DNA of 61,619 bases, the filler included. It is 15 parts of 15 records of this genome, joined end to end, with 100 filler letters (N's around TTAATTAATTAA, not from the genome) between each part and the next. Parts side by side here need not be neighbours in the genome. Positions count along the whole stretch, not along the records: positions 42,941 to 47,494 come from SRR15195285_9638; positions 47,595 to 51,461 come from SRR15195285_9641; positions 51,562 to 58,490 come from SRR15195285_9648; positions 58,591 to 61,619 come from SRR15195285_9655; 11 more parts are not named here. One strand, 5' to 3'. How positions within the stretch are numbered: position 1 is the first letter of the stretch; each line of letters opens with the position of its first letter. Under the pieces are notes generated by a model, which was not told the DNA's origin, searched no databases, and saw nothing but the letters and a program-made list of their open reading frames with translations. The position numbers were made by a program, and so were the translations under genes. Shown piece by piece: positions 45,901 through 58,920 of this stretch.

Positions 45901-47424
45901 AAGCATGACTTGTTTGTGGTATTCCACGGCCGGATTAAGACATCGCAAGTCTTCATCTGTGATGCGAGTATAATTGGACCAATGCCGATACTTCTTTTTG
46001 CAGGCACTGTCGACTCCAATTATGATATTGACAAGAACAAGACATCGATGGTCGAAGAGGAGCAGACCGACGCACGTGGCTATAGCAGAAATTCTGTCAA
46101 GCAGAGCTCGATGGATGTTGACGTGGATGCTGAAGGATCCTCAAAGTCAACTCAAAAAACAGATAGTGACACAGCTCAAGTGGTTCTGGAGATAGACGGG
46201 TGGCTTCGATTTGCAACCAGCTCTCGGCAGATCCACCTCTTCACAGGGTTGCGCCGCTGTATTGGAGCCTTATTACAGTCTAAGCTAAGTGTCACTCACG
46301 ATCAGCTGGATGGTGCGACTGAGGACATGATCGTGGCAGCAGTTGCGAACATCATCCAAGAAAGCGACTGTGGTGCAGGTGCGTTCGAGAAAACGCAGCC
46401 ACTTCCTCAAGGGTGGGAGAGTGTGGAGGACCCTTCCTCCTCCACAGGCTGGGTCTTCTTCCGCAATTGTTTGAGTGGTGAAACACAGCGGGAGCGGCCG
46501 ACTCGACCTGCTTCTGCAACTAAGAAGGAGGCAGTGCCACGGTTGCCACCGCCAACAATCTCTCCACCGCTGAAGCCCACAGCGCAAACTGAGGCAGAGA
46601 AACAGGCGACGGCTGAGAAGTCGGCGCGGCTCGCCGCAGCTCGGGCCGAAGCTAAGGCGCGGCAGGCCGAGGATGCTGAGAAGGAGGCCGCGCAGGCCCG
46701 GCTTGCATCGATTCGCTTGGCCACAGAGGCGGAGCAACGCGAGCGGGAAGGCGAAGCAAAGAATGGAGTGCGTGTCCTCAGTGTGGCCGCCCTGCTGAAA
46801 AAGCTAGACCTTGAGCACTATGCAGATGAGTTTGCAGCCACTGGGATCGACGATGATGCATTGGCGGAGATGATCGCCATCATCAATGATGACCCAGAAG
46901 AGGGAGCATTAGAAGTTGGTAGACTTGTCGACGAAGTTGGAGTGCGTGGTGGCGCAGCAGTGAAGATCCGGCGTGCCCTCTCCAAGCCTGAAGAGCATGG
47001 AAAGTCTGGTGGTGGAGCAGGAGGCGGAAGTGTAAAAGGCAGAGGCAAGAAATTGTCGAAGAAGGATCAAGCTGCCCTTGCTGCCGCGGAGAAAAAGGCA
47101 CACAATGCCACGACGAAAGCAATGGAAAAAAGGCAAGCTGCTCAGAGAGCTGCGTTGCTCCAAGCAAAGAAGCAGCTTGGGAACAAAACAGGTGGGAAAG
47201 GCAAGGTTCACAAAACCTGCGCAAATATTTCAGACACTGACAATCCGCGAGTAGTTGCGCAGGCCGTGGCGCGAGCCCTGAAATTGCAGGTCGGGGAAGC
47301 GTCACTCCCGAAAGATGTACTAGTATTGGCACAACAAAAGATGCCCGAGGTTGACCTGGGGGACCTTGCTCCAAAACCGGCTCTGCTTCTTCTCGCCAAG
47401 GCCATTGTTGCGTCTGGCAAGTGA
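42941..47424 (+). CDS. DEAH/RHA RNA helicase (DHX57/DHX29/DHX36-like) with C-terminal WW and SAM-like domains; introns 43154..43223, 43704..43861, ~44543..44616, 45320..45424; 5' truncated
   Basis: GGTGCGKSTQVPQ, TQPRRIAA, DEVHER, MSAT, VFLPG, PLHS, STNIAEASITI, QRAGRAGR, LPVDPRIGK, SDH, HPSS. Confidence 0.9.
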
Positions 47425-47674
47425 GCACGTGACATGTCCTTGGAGGGTGCAATAGACGTTTCGGGCGTGCGGGGGGGGGGGGGGGGGGGGGGGGNNNNNN
47501 NNNNNNNNNNNNNNNNNNNNNNNNNNNNNNNNNNNNNNTTAATTAATTAANNNNNNNNNNNNNNNNNNNNNNNNNNNNNNNNNNNNNNNNNNNNCCAATT
47601 TCGGCCCCATAGTGTTGAGTGGGGGCCAGCCACTACAGCCACTGCTGTGCAGGAAGCAGCGGGGGCTGGCTGGG

Positions 47675-50124
47675 ATGGAAAGGGCGGCGCCGCCAGTGGG
47701 TGGCGGCAGGCGGAGGGTGGCGCAGCGGCAGCGTCCAGATGCCGAGCCGCTGGATGCCGAGGAATGCGTGCCGTCGTGGTTGGTCTGCGAGGGCTCGGAG
47801 CCGGTGAATGGCGTGCGGGTTGCAATCTGGGAGTGGCAGGACGGGAAGTACTGGAGGGAGCTGCCCGACTCGCTGTGGCCGAAACTAGAGCTGGGTCGCC
47901 GCGCTGCTCGCTCCGGCGGCGGCGGCGGGCAGGTCGATATTGAGCTGCTTGACATCGATATGGGCGAGGCGGGCGGCGCGCTGCCGCCGGAGTGCCGGTG
48001 GGTCGTTGACACTGGAAAGCTTCACATGACCCACACGTTCACGGAATTGTCGCGGCAGGTGCGTCGCAACACGTGCTACCGTGCCGTGTGGGAGTGGAAT
48101 CGGTGCGACACTCCGGAGGAGGGACAGTGGGTGCCGTACGCTAAAGGGTTGCAGCGAGTACTGGAGGACGCGTACGAGACGGGTGAGATGTCGGTGCAGT
48201 TCTCGGTGCAACCCGCAAGCGGGTGGGTCTGCAAGCACACGGGCACACCTGCGCGGCTCGAATACACCGTGGAGTGGACGGAGACCGACGACGAAGGTAG
48301 ACGTGTGTATCGCCAGACGGACGACTCCAGACGAAAGCGGCCGGTACGGCGACGCGTTTGCTGCCCGATACCCATCTTCAATCTTGAAGACCTTGCGACG
48401 GTCACAAAAGACGGTGAGCGCAGCAAAACGCATCGCGACTTCTGCGACGCAATTCACCGACCAGGTTTCGCGGTCGTGAGGGTCGAGCCCGGGTCAATGC
48501 CTGCTCCGTCGCAAATATATGCTCTGTGGAAGCCGTTCTTTCACCACACTCCAAAGTCGGAGAAGGAAAAAATGGCAGTGCGAGGTTCAGGAGCAATGTC
48601 GTCCATCACGGGGTCAGGTTGGGTTGGGAACAAAGAGTCTGCGGAGCATTTTGAGATCGGGATCAAAGAGGAAGGCAAAAAGGAGGAAGTGCCGTGGCCA
48701 CAGACAAGGGGGCAGATTGAGCAGCTGCAGCGAGAGCTCCAGAATTGCTGCTCGACGGTGTGCCGTGTGGTGACCAAAACGCTGGAGCAAGGCGCTGAAG
48801 GCACCGCAGACATGTGGCCGCAACAGTGGGGCAATGATGTGCATTCCGACCGTTCGAAGTGGAACAGCTTTCGCGAGGTGGCATGGGACCAGTCGCTATG
48901 GCATAGTTTCGGTGGTACTGTGCGTTCCTGCCAACGCGTCAACTTCTTCCGCACGACTCCACCAGCAGCCGTGATGCTGCGTCCGACTTTTGGGACACAG
49001 TTGCATCAAGACCTTGGCCTAGTTACCGTGGTGGTTAAAGGTCTTGGTGGTGGGCTGGTGATGCATCCTCGTGGCACCGAGTTCCAGTATGACATTTCTG
49101 ATTGGACCTCTGCGGAGCGTGTGGTTGATGAGGACACTGATGTGATCGTCTTCGGCGGTATGCAGCTTGAAGCGGCCACACGTGAATACTATCATGCTGC
49201 TGTGCACGGTACAATGGCACCAGCTGCCAGCACAGACGACGAACAGAAATACGGGACTCAGCCCGCCGAAGGTACTTGTGCCCAAGCGGCGTGCATCTGC
49301 ACTCGCTCATTTGTAGCTCAACTTCTGATAGTTTGTCCTCGGTTTCTTGTCGGACAGACGGCGTGCGCATCTCGATGCCGCTGTTTATGCGCGTGCGTGG
49401 TGAAGGTGAGCCCGCCAAGCAAGAAGAAGAGTTCCGGCAGGATGTCGAGACCATTGTCAGGCGGCTATTGACCCAAGATACTATCAATAGCATGAGTCGC
49501 ACGAGGCTTACGGCGCTACTCGAGACGGAATGCACGCGAACTCTAAATCTGAACATGCGAGACGCGAAGAACCAAGATATCCTGTGCGCGCATTGCACAT
49601 GACACCGCACACCTATACCAGACGATTCGTCCGGTGCTCTAGTGTCTGTCATAGTCTCTCGCTGACCAGCGCCTGGCACTTGTGCGTGTAAGCGTAGGTT
49701 TTCGATCATTTGCACCATTCTCTCTGAGCACCGAGGTTCAACGCATCCTGATCAACCTGATCAACCTGATCTGCCAGCTGTGGCGCCCTCTCTACCTGTT
49801 CCTGCCTCCGTTCCGACACCATCTAGCGCGGGTGCTACTGCTGCGCGACAGTCGGAAGCACCCGCAGTGACAGTGGCAAGCTCCAGCGGCAGCAGCAGCG
49901 ATGGAAGCTGGGCCTGCGCAGCATGCACGTTAGTCAACGAAAAGAAAGAAGCTCATTGGTGTGAGGCCTGCGGCGCCCCACGCATAAACACACGGTGCGT
50001 GTCGATCCATGATGAATCGTTAGCTCTGATGTGCCTGTTGTCAGGGCGAGGCCGCAAGATCGTGCTCTTACTTGGCTGCTCGCTGTCATGCATTCGACTG
50101 GCAGGGGTGTCCTCCCGAAGGTAG
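47675..50124 (+). CDS. WWE-like x2 + 2OG-Fe(II) dioxygenase + RanBP2-type zinc finger protein; intron 49272..49357 and further introns; 3' structure approximate
   Basis: IWEWQDGKYWREL and VWEW...GQWVPY...LEDAYE...RPVRR; IPIFNL, GFAVV, HQDLGLVT, AAVHG, RISMPLF; WACAACTLVN...CEACGAPR. Confidence 0.7.
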
Positions 50125-50299
50125 TACAGACACAGGAGAACTTAATGCGGGTCGTTACAGCAGGAGGCTCCGGTGACCGTTGAGGCCCAGTGATGTCATG
50201 AACCGGGTTCATGATGCGATATGTGGCTGTCGTACTATGAAAGAAGATATATGCACTCAATATACGTTCATTACGCACGTACTGGGCAAGAAGCCCTAC

Positions 50300-51461
50300 T
50301 CAATCTCGGTCCTCAGCACCGAGGCCAGACGGTGTTCTCGGAGGGCCCAACAAGCTGCTGCGCCGTGCATTATGCGTAGCGGGAGGCTCAGCCTCCGATA
50401 GAGACGTGGCTCCTGGCTCCCTCCGAGGCGCCCGACTAGTTGTGCTCGCAGAAGCCCAGCGCTTATGTCGTGCTGCCGCTTTGCTCGCCAGCGCATCGGC
50501 CCGGCTGCTGCCATGTGCGTCACTGTCCCCCGCAAATCTAGCGTCCGTGCTCCGCGCACTCACTTCGCCCCGGGCGATGGAAGACGACCTTCTGGCGCCA
50601 TACGCATCTTCCTCTGGATACCTGCTGCTGCTGCTGCTCGAGTATGTTGCAGCAGGCGCGAGCAAAGGTGACGACGCCGGGCGCGCAGCCGTGGCTCGCG
50701 GTACATACCGGGAGTCCGAGGCACTGACCACTGCTGTTGCTGTAGCTCCTGCCATAGCGTATGAGCCTGCACTGAGGCTCGTTCTAGTGGGGCTGCGCGC
50801 CATTGCCAGGTCCTTCTTTGTATCCTCTCGCATCTTGCGGATTCGTGCCTCGTGGTCCTTCACTTCCTCCAACGTGCCTCGGAATCCAGTGCCCAATTCG
50901 CATTCATAAACCATTTTGCCAGCGTCTGATCCCCACGAACCACGCCTTGGCCTGGAGCCGACTGACGCAACTGAGGCCGCAACGGACAACGTTGGCGAAC
51001 CCTTGCTGCCAGGTGAGCCCCTGCTGCCCGTGGCTTCCGCATCAGGCTTCGAAATTGACTGCCCTTCCGACAGCGCCAGCGCCTGACTAGCCGAGCGAAG
51101 TAGCGCATTCTCGCCACCTAAAGCCCTGCCCCGCCATTCACTCAACTCCTTCTCTTTCATCTCCATCACGTGTGCCTGCTCCACTCGTTCTTCCTCCAGT
51201 CTCTTCAGGTTATCATGAGCGATAGTGAGCGAGGCCGTGAGCCTGTCCATGTCACTGCGTCGGTTGGCGACACTCTCTTGCTGAACAGTAGTCAAGTTCG
51301 CTTCAGCCGCAGCCAGCTCCGTCTGTAGACGCTCGGCTTCGGCCTCGAGTCTCGTGTGTGCTTGCTCAGCAGCCTGTCGTGCTTGCTCAGCGGCCTGTCG
51401 TGCTTGCTCGGCCTCTGCACGTGCTTGCTGAACTTCTTGTGCGGCTTCTGCATTTGCTTGC
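50300..51461 (-). CDS. Coiled-coil protein, 5' truncated
   Basis: Long open frame with heptad-rich (QARQAAE)n repeats at the contig edge and a Ser-rich tail. Confidence 0.6.
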
Positions 51462-51733
51462 NNNNNNNNNNNNNNNNNNNNNNNNNNNNNNNNNNNNNNN
51501 NNNNNTTAATTAATTAANNNNNNNNNNNNNNNNNNNNNNNNNNNNNNNNNNNNNNNNNNNNTGTGTGTGTGTGTGTGTGTGTGTGTGTTTTTGTCTGCCT
51601 GGCTGGCTGGCTGGCTGGCTGGCATGCAGCAAACGCAAGGTTGGGACTTCAGCTTTCCATCGTTGCGCGCTCCGCGTCTGTTGCCGCCGCTGAGCTCCTT
51701 GCTGTGGTGTCTGTGTGTAGTCGTCTCCGGCAG

Positions 51734-54700
51734 GGTTGCTTTCACCGACGAGTGCGATGGCGGTGGAGTGACTGTGCACATCGACCTGCACTACATTGAC
51801 GGCACGCTCTTCTTCACTAAGGATCACAACTGGCACGTCCATACTCGCGGTGAGCCGCCCACAGCTCGCAAGAGCAGCCTGAGGGAATGTCACTGGACGG
51901 GGGGACACTGGGACCCTGAAGAACTCGAGAGCGCGGAGTACGAGTGCGACCAGCGCGAGCCATCTGGTTGCTACCGTGGCGACATGAGTGGTAAACTTGG
52001 GACGCTATCAATCGATGGGGCTACCTTGTCGCGCGGTGGAGCCGACTCGAACGCGAACAAGTTCTCCACACCAGACCTCACGATTGCTTCCAGTGCGGCC
52101 CTTCTTGGTCGATCGATCGTGATCCACGACGCCAACTTCTCGAGCACCCCGATCGCTTGCGCAGGTATCTATCCAGACACTACCTCGTTTCCAGACCAGG
52201 ACCAGCAGCTCGTCGAGCGATTTTACGCAGCCGTGGATGTCAAAGATTTCGACGCCATGCGCCTCATCACCGCGGTGAATTATGAAGCCTTTTTTGCCCC
52301 CGGCTGCGCTGCGGTCGGCGGCGCTTTCCACGAGGGCGAAGAAACCCTGGACTTCGAGGGGCTACGAAGATTGCTTGACAGCGGAGATGCGAACGATGGC
52401 GCGGGCACGAGCCGTACCTTTATATCCGAAGGTTCTGGAGTGGTTCTCAACCACTACAGTGTTCAGAGAGGTGAGAGACGCGTACACGGTGCAGCAGTCC
52501 ACACCACCCAGAATGGACGCGTCGTTTCATCATTCTGGTACGGAGGTTCCGACACTTGCAGCGGGTTAAACAGCATGTCCAGACGCTGGGAAATGGAGAC
52601 CGGCGGAGTCGGCTCGAAAAGCGCTGCCTTCTTCTTGCTTGTGCTGGTTTTTGTCGCTATCGGCATCAGCCTCGACGGCTGGCTTCAGCAGCGCGGTGTT
52701 CTTTACCTCCCTGGTGCGTCCGTAACGATGCTGCTTGGTCTTGGATGTGGGGTGTCGCTCCGCGCGATAGGCGACGAGAAGCTGGAAGAAGTGCTGGAGT
52801 TCGACGCAGAGATCTTCGTAATCGTACTCTTGCCCTTGATCATCTTTGAAGCGGGCTACGCTCTCGACAAGGTTGGCTTCTTCAGCAACTTGCTGCCCAT
52901 CTGCACCTTCGCGATCCTCGGTACCCTGGTCTCCACTCTCCTCATCGCGCCGGCGGTCTACTTTGGCGCGGTGCGCAACTTGTTATCCGCTGCCGTTCTA
53001 CTGGGCGTGAATCGGGCGTGCTAAAGCTATTGAACTGCGCCTGATGTGCGCGCGTGTGTACTGCTCTCACAGCGCCTTTCCTTTGCATCAAATCCGGACG
53101 CTCTCAATCCAGCTTTCAGCTACACCGAGGCGCTCACCTTTGCGGCCTTGATTTCAGCGGTGGATCCAGTCTCTACGATTGCGATATTTGGCAACCTGGG
53201 CGTTGACCGCACTACCTCTGTCATTCTTTTGGGCGAGTCGATCCTCAACGATGCCGTAGCAATAGTCCTATACCATCACCTTGCCACTGCTGTAGTGGAA
53301 GAGGAGGCGCTGTCGTTTGGTGATGTACTGCTCCTACTGCTAGTAGTGCTCTGGTCGTTTGTGGCATCGTTGGTTCTCGGCGCACTGGCGGGGTTGTTCG
53401 GCACGCTCCTCGTGGGCCGAGCAACAGCAGGCACAACGCATTCGAACGCACAGCTGCAGGTGTCCCTGGTCCTCCTGTTTGCATACATTGCATACGAGCT
53501 AGCTGAGACGATGGGATTCTCCGGAATTGTCGCGACTCTTGCAGCTGGTATTGTGACCAAGCGGTACGCTTATACACACATGAGTGAAGATGGACGTGCT
53601 CTGTCCAAGCAAAGCTTCGGCATGCTCGCGCAGGTTCGTACCGCAAAGCATTTTACTGTACTGCCCCTTCTATCCTCAACCAATGAGCATATCTGTGCAC
53701 AGCATTACCGCACGATCATATCACTCGCGCAATCAGATTGTGCTCCTCACTGTTTTGGCGCGTGCTATCGGCTGTGTTGACACGCACAGCTTTTTGAGAC
53801 GGTAGTGTTTTTCTGCATTGGAGCATCGACTGCGCTATATCTGCGTCACATGCACGTAGGCTTCACGTGTGCTGTCGTCATCGGCTGCATGATTGGCAGG
53901 CTGGCCTCAGTGTGTGGTCTCTCTGTGCCCCTGAACATGCACGCCGAACGAAAGGCGCTCAGCAAGGGTGGGGTAGCGAAAGTTCTCAGCATGTCTCAGC
54001 AGATTGTGTTGTGGTGTGGTGGTTTACGGGGTGCCGTTGCGTTTGCCTTGGTGCTCTCTTTCCCGTCATCGTGGCGACCCACTCTCATTGGCACAGTGGC
54101 GTGGATTGTCTTTGCGACCACTCTGATCGGCGGAGCAGGGACTCCGTCACTACTCGACTATCTTGGTATGGCGCACTATGGTGGTGGAGCTGACGATGGG
54201 GAAGCTGCGCACACCCACCTGGAAGCATCGTTCGGTGATGGTAGACTGGAGGCACTCGGCAACGCCGATGCGGCGAATGCTGCGGCGGAGCTGCCACATG
54301 ATGGTGGCACTTTCACCGAGGCGTTCAGAATGCTGGAATTGAAGCTGCTGGCGACTGGCAGCACTGAGGCTGCGCGGGCAGCTGCAAGGCTAGCCGCGAA
54401 TGGGCCCCAGTCACAAAGTACTACCGCAAGGGAAATGCGGACTTCTCCCGGTGTGGCTCAGCCGCAACGCGATCCAGCGACTGGTGCGCCGGACGATGAT
54501 GGAAACCTGGATCGAAACTGGTCGACAATGGCTAATGTCGATGGTTTTACTGATGTCGCTATCGATCAAACGGAAACTCGGACGGCTGAAGCGCCCGGAC
54601 CGAGAGATCATGGGTTTTCATCTCCACAACGTAGTCGTGTTGGTTCGCCGCCACGGTCAACGCTCGATGCTGCGCGGGAGGCGAACCAGTCTCGCGTGCG

Positions 54701-54821
54701 CAGCGGGTCTGACTCAGGTTCCAGTAGGCCTGGGTACGACCCTGCCGCCCTCGCGCACACAGCTTCGGCTGCCCAGCGACAGGAAGCGTACAATGATGTT
54801 GCGGATGGGGTGCGTCCATGA
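51734..54821 (+). CDS. Fusion protein: Cu-only SOD-like domain + SnoaL/NTF2-like domain + CPA1 Na+/H+ exchanger (NHE8/NHX-like); introns 52971..53072 and 53634..53789; 5' exon(s) missing
   Basis: NWHVH, CHWTGGHWDP, CYRGDMSGKLG, GRSIVIH, IACAGI; LVERFYAAVDVKDFDAM; LLPLIIFEAGY, FFSNL, ISAVDPV, GESILNDAVAIV, SGIVA, GGLRGAVAFAL. Confidence 0.85.
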
Positions 54822-55450
54822 GGTGCATTGCAGCCATAGTCTGCGCCAGGGCGGAGCTATCTGCGAACAGTGATGCCAACGCACGCGCATGATGGCTGGA
54901 GGACGTGCTTATGTACCGGCAAGGCGGTAGATTCTTGTTGTGCAGACTGAAACTGCTTGGTTGAAAGTGTCACATGCTGCGAACAATGGTTGTGTTAATG
55001 ACTTGTCCAATTCATTCCGAGACGATCGCCATATATTGGCTGTGGTGTGATTGCATGCGATATTTGTGAATGCATGTACGCATCAATTGGAAAAGTGACA
55101 CAACTGCAAACTTATATTTTAGGCGTTTCAGTCTGGGAACTGCACCCAGTCCTGATTCGCACCCCATCGGGTCCTCACATGCCATTATAAGGCGAATTGC
55201 CACGCTGTAGACAGCGCGAGTGACATTCTTCGCCCGCTGCTCACTGATAGGCCAGATCAGTGAGTGGCCGACGACGCGTGCTCCCATGTGACATAGGGCA
55301 TAAGGCCTCCTGATGCCCTGTGTCAGTGTGGGTCGTCCAAGATTGTGTCGAGGCTGTAGGCCGGTGTGGACCCACTACAGTCGTAGCAGTAGCCTGGGTG
55401 GTCCATCACTGTGCATTATGCATTCTACCGTAGACGATGTGACCTACCGC

Positions 55451-58228
55451 CTACGGGCCGGTAGACCTCTTCTCGCGGGCTTTCTCCAAGAACGCCAACT
55501 TTTGGTCCTTTTTGGCCATTTGTCGAGAAAGCAACTGTAATTGCTCCTGTAGCTCCACCTGCTTCGATTTTGCGAAGTTTAGGGTAACCGTGCGATGCTT
55601 CTTCTCAAGTACATACTTGGTGACGTAGACAACCACGAGGGCATACGCGACAACGGGGCTCGTCACTGAGTTCACAATCGACAAAGCTATGCCAGAACTA
55701 GGCAAGATCACAGACACCGGCTTCTGCAGTGGAGTGGGATCATTGAAAGGCCCTCCCTGTACCGCAGTAGTGCACTGTCCGCCAGTAACGCAAGTGGACT
55801 TGGACAGAAAGAAATACAGATTCAGCAACGCGATGGCCAGCGAGAGCACGAAGAAGTTGGCGATGAATGCCATCGCCTGTCTGGTTTCGAAGGTGCGCAG
55901 CGGCTTTTTCATGTACCGACAGAGCACCCAGTAGTCCCACTTGAAATTCAGGTACCACATGAACGGCATCCTGTGATTGGCGGCGCAAACAAACAGCCGA
56001 AATGAATACTTCACAACAGGTAGCGCTGCGCTACACGGCTCCTTCCACAGGGTCATTGGGCGGCAAACGTACCACAGCAGAATAATGGGCACATAGGGAA
56101 CCGCAAGCCAAGCAAGAGCTTGGGTATAAAGCAGCTGGATCACCATCGTCGAAGTCTGAAAGTCCGACTTCGCAGCCGACGCCGGCTGCTTCTTCGCGTG
56201 CACATACGCTCTTTTGGCCTCACCGATCGCCACAGCTACTGCTTTGCCGACGAAAAAGTCCAGTGCAATGGTTTTGAACAGGACAAATCCGAGCTCGTCT
56301 TCCTGCATTGGTGCATATGACGTCATAACTTGTCAGTCGCTGGAACGTCAAAGCGTACTGAGCAGCAAATCGCATAGTATTGATACTGCGATCCAAAGTG
56401 GTGCAAATGCAACAGCAGGCTGTACTCACTGGGCACGGCCAATCCGACGACGCATCTGACGCCTTCGTAGCGTAGGTTGCATCCGCATTCACCCCATACG
56501 CGCATGCATCGCCTGATTGCGCAGCCTCCCAGAAAGCGCTAACCCCTGGCAGCTCCAATTGGGAGCCACCAACGTAGGAGTTGGCTCCAGTATACATGAG
56601 CACCAGGGCGTTCAGAATCTTGCCGAAGTACAGACGTGACGTTTCCATCTGGAACTGAGTTGACGGTGCGTCGTATTTCTCGAACTGTATCAGCAAATTC
56701 GTTATTGCTGGGAGCACTGCATGTGCGGAATGGATTGGCCAAGTCAGATAAGCACACACGTCCGTTGGTCACATACTAGTATAGGCGACGGGAGTTGCGT
56801 ACCACCATTAATGACAATCAGCGCGAGATTCGTCATTGGCAGCGCCGCATGGATTTTCCCAAAGAATTCTTCAGGGTTCGAGAAGAACGATTCTCTGCCT
56901 GGTGCGGACAAGTACGTCAACGAGCCGATAGTGAACCAGGACGCCAATATGAGCAAGACGTTGATAAAGATGCCGAAGACCTTCTTGGCAAGCAGCCGAT
57001 TCTTCTCTTGCTGTGAGCGGTTTGCAATCTTCTCCAACACCTCGTGCTCTTTCAGGGCCATGTTCATGTTCTCGGATGCCTGAATCATTGCGTCTTCGAT
57101 CGACGATTTGTCGTACATTTTGAAATCCCAGCCAGCGAATGCCAGCTTCGAGAACTTGTTTGACTCCTCGTCTGCTACCACGTCCTCCTTTTTTTCCTCT
57201 GCCTTCTCTTCGGAGTACTTCTTCACAGCCATGCCGACAAGGAAGAAGCCGAGCGCGCTGAGGACCACTGAGTAAATAAGGGCGCCTGATGCCGGGAACA
57301 ATGAAAACAAAAGAAAACGCGGGAACTGCCCAGAACCAGCAGGGAGCATCACCAGGCCACTCGAGTCGGAGATCAGCACGAATTGGTATATCACCACAGT
57401 GCCACCGACGACGAACGAGAGCACGTTTAACATCCACAGGTAACGCAAGAATGCGAAGTACACTGCTATGCCTTGTCCAAAGCGTGCCTCCACGAAGCGG
57501 TATTCTTTGTGGCCCATCTTCTCCTGCACACGATGGACGGTGGCTTTGTACCATGTGACCAGACGCTTGTGCCACGGGTCACGCGCTCGCTGAGACTTCG
57601 TGCCACTCTTCTTCTCTTCCTCCAGCTCATCCAACAGGTAGCCCTCGGCACCCTCCAGGGCCCGCTGCAGCTCTTCTTGTTTCTTTGCGCTATTTGGGTC
57701 CTTGCCTTTGGTCGCAGCTAGCCGGGCATTGGCTTCCACGAGCTTTTTCAGCTGCTCGGCCTTGATTTCGTCGGCCTCTTTCTTCATCGCCCGGTTCTCT
57801 GACTCTAGCTGCTCGTTCTTTCGCTTCACTCCTTTAAGCTGAATCTCCATTTTCTTACGCTCAATGGTGAGGTGCTTGACCTCGTCCTTCGCCGCCTTCG
57901 CCTGCTGCAGGAGATGCTGAACGGCATCGTACTCCTCGTTCGTTACCTCCTGCGGCGCGGTGAACACGGCCGGTTGGTCCGCGTCCACGGTTGCCTGGCG
58001 CTGTGACCTCTGACCCAGGTCTTCGTCGCTGTCATAGTCCGCGCCTGGTGACTTGACGCCGCCTCGCCGCCGCTGATCCTTGCTCGGCGCGGCTTCCAGA
58101 TCCTCGTCATAGTTGTAACCGAAGCCGACTGCGCTCTGCGCCTCGTCGCTCGGGTCGATACTGTCCCAGTCCACGACCTCCACGGATCGCAGCTCGTCGA
58201 CCAGCCGCGCTGCTGGCACAGGCTGCAT
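55451..58228 (-). CDS. Transmembrane channel-like (TMC family) protein; introns include 56717..56802 and 55971..56072
   Basis: VEARFGQGIAVYFAFLRYLWMLN, FAGWDF, LIQFEKY, LLYTQALAW...VP, GPF, and an N-terminal coiled coil. Confidence 0.8.
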
Positions 58229-58920
58229 CAGCAGCCCGTCACCGGCGCGTGCGCCGTGGCAAGGCGGCGACCACTACCCTGCTCCTGCATCTGCAGTTCG
58301 CCTGGCTCCTCATTCTCGCCGCCGTCACAGCACAGCCGGTTCCACGCCATTTCTCATCCTCGCAGGCAAGCGCTGCGGTTTGTCGTTAGCAGCTATCGCC
58401 GCCTCAGCAGCAGCCTGCCATACTCGCACCAAGTTCCTCAAAGTCGCGCCGCCCAGTGTCCAGCAGCAGCAGCAGCAGCAGGAGCAGCAGNNNNNNNNNN
58501 NNNNNNNNNNNNNNNNNNNNNNNNNNNNNNNNNNTTAATTAATTAANNNNNNNNNNNNNNNNNNNNNNNNNNNNNNNNNNNNNNNNNNNNGTATTTGAAT
58601 GTTAGAAGTAGTGGTTGGTCTGCTATGTGGCCTCCGCGCGCGCCGTTACGCGCGCTACAGAGGGTCACAGGGCCGCCGCTAGCTAGATAGCGCCATGGAG
58701 GGGTGCCTAGCGCAACCCTAGCACCTCCTTTTTTGTGTGTGTACACGTGTCACTCCCCTTTAAATGCACTTCGGCGCTTGTTTATTCAGATTACGGTGTA
58801 CACTGTCTGAGTACTAGTACCTCAGCCGTCAGCGTACCATGCATAGCGCGCGCGGTGCGTGCGTGCGCCGCGCTCGCTCGCTCGCTACGCTCCCGACGCG
58901 GACGCCGATCAGACAGCGCT

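Noticed and set aside
49748-49772. CCTGATCAA x ~3 tandem repeat
   Set aside because: Simple slippage repeat, probably intronic.
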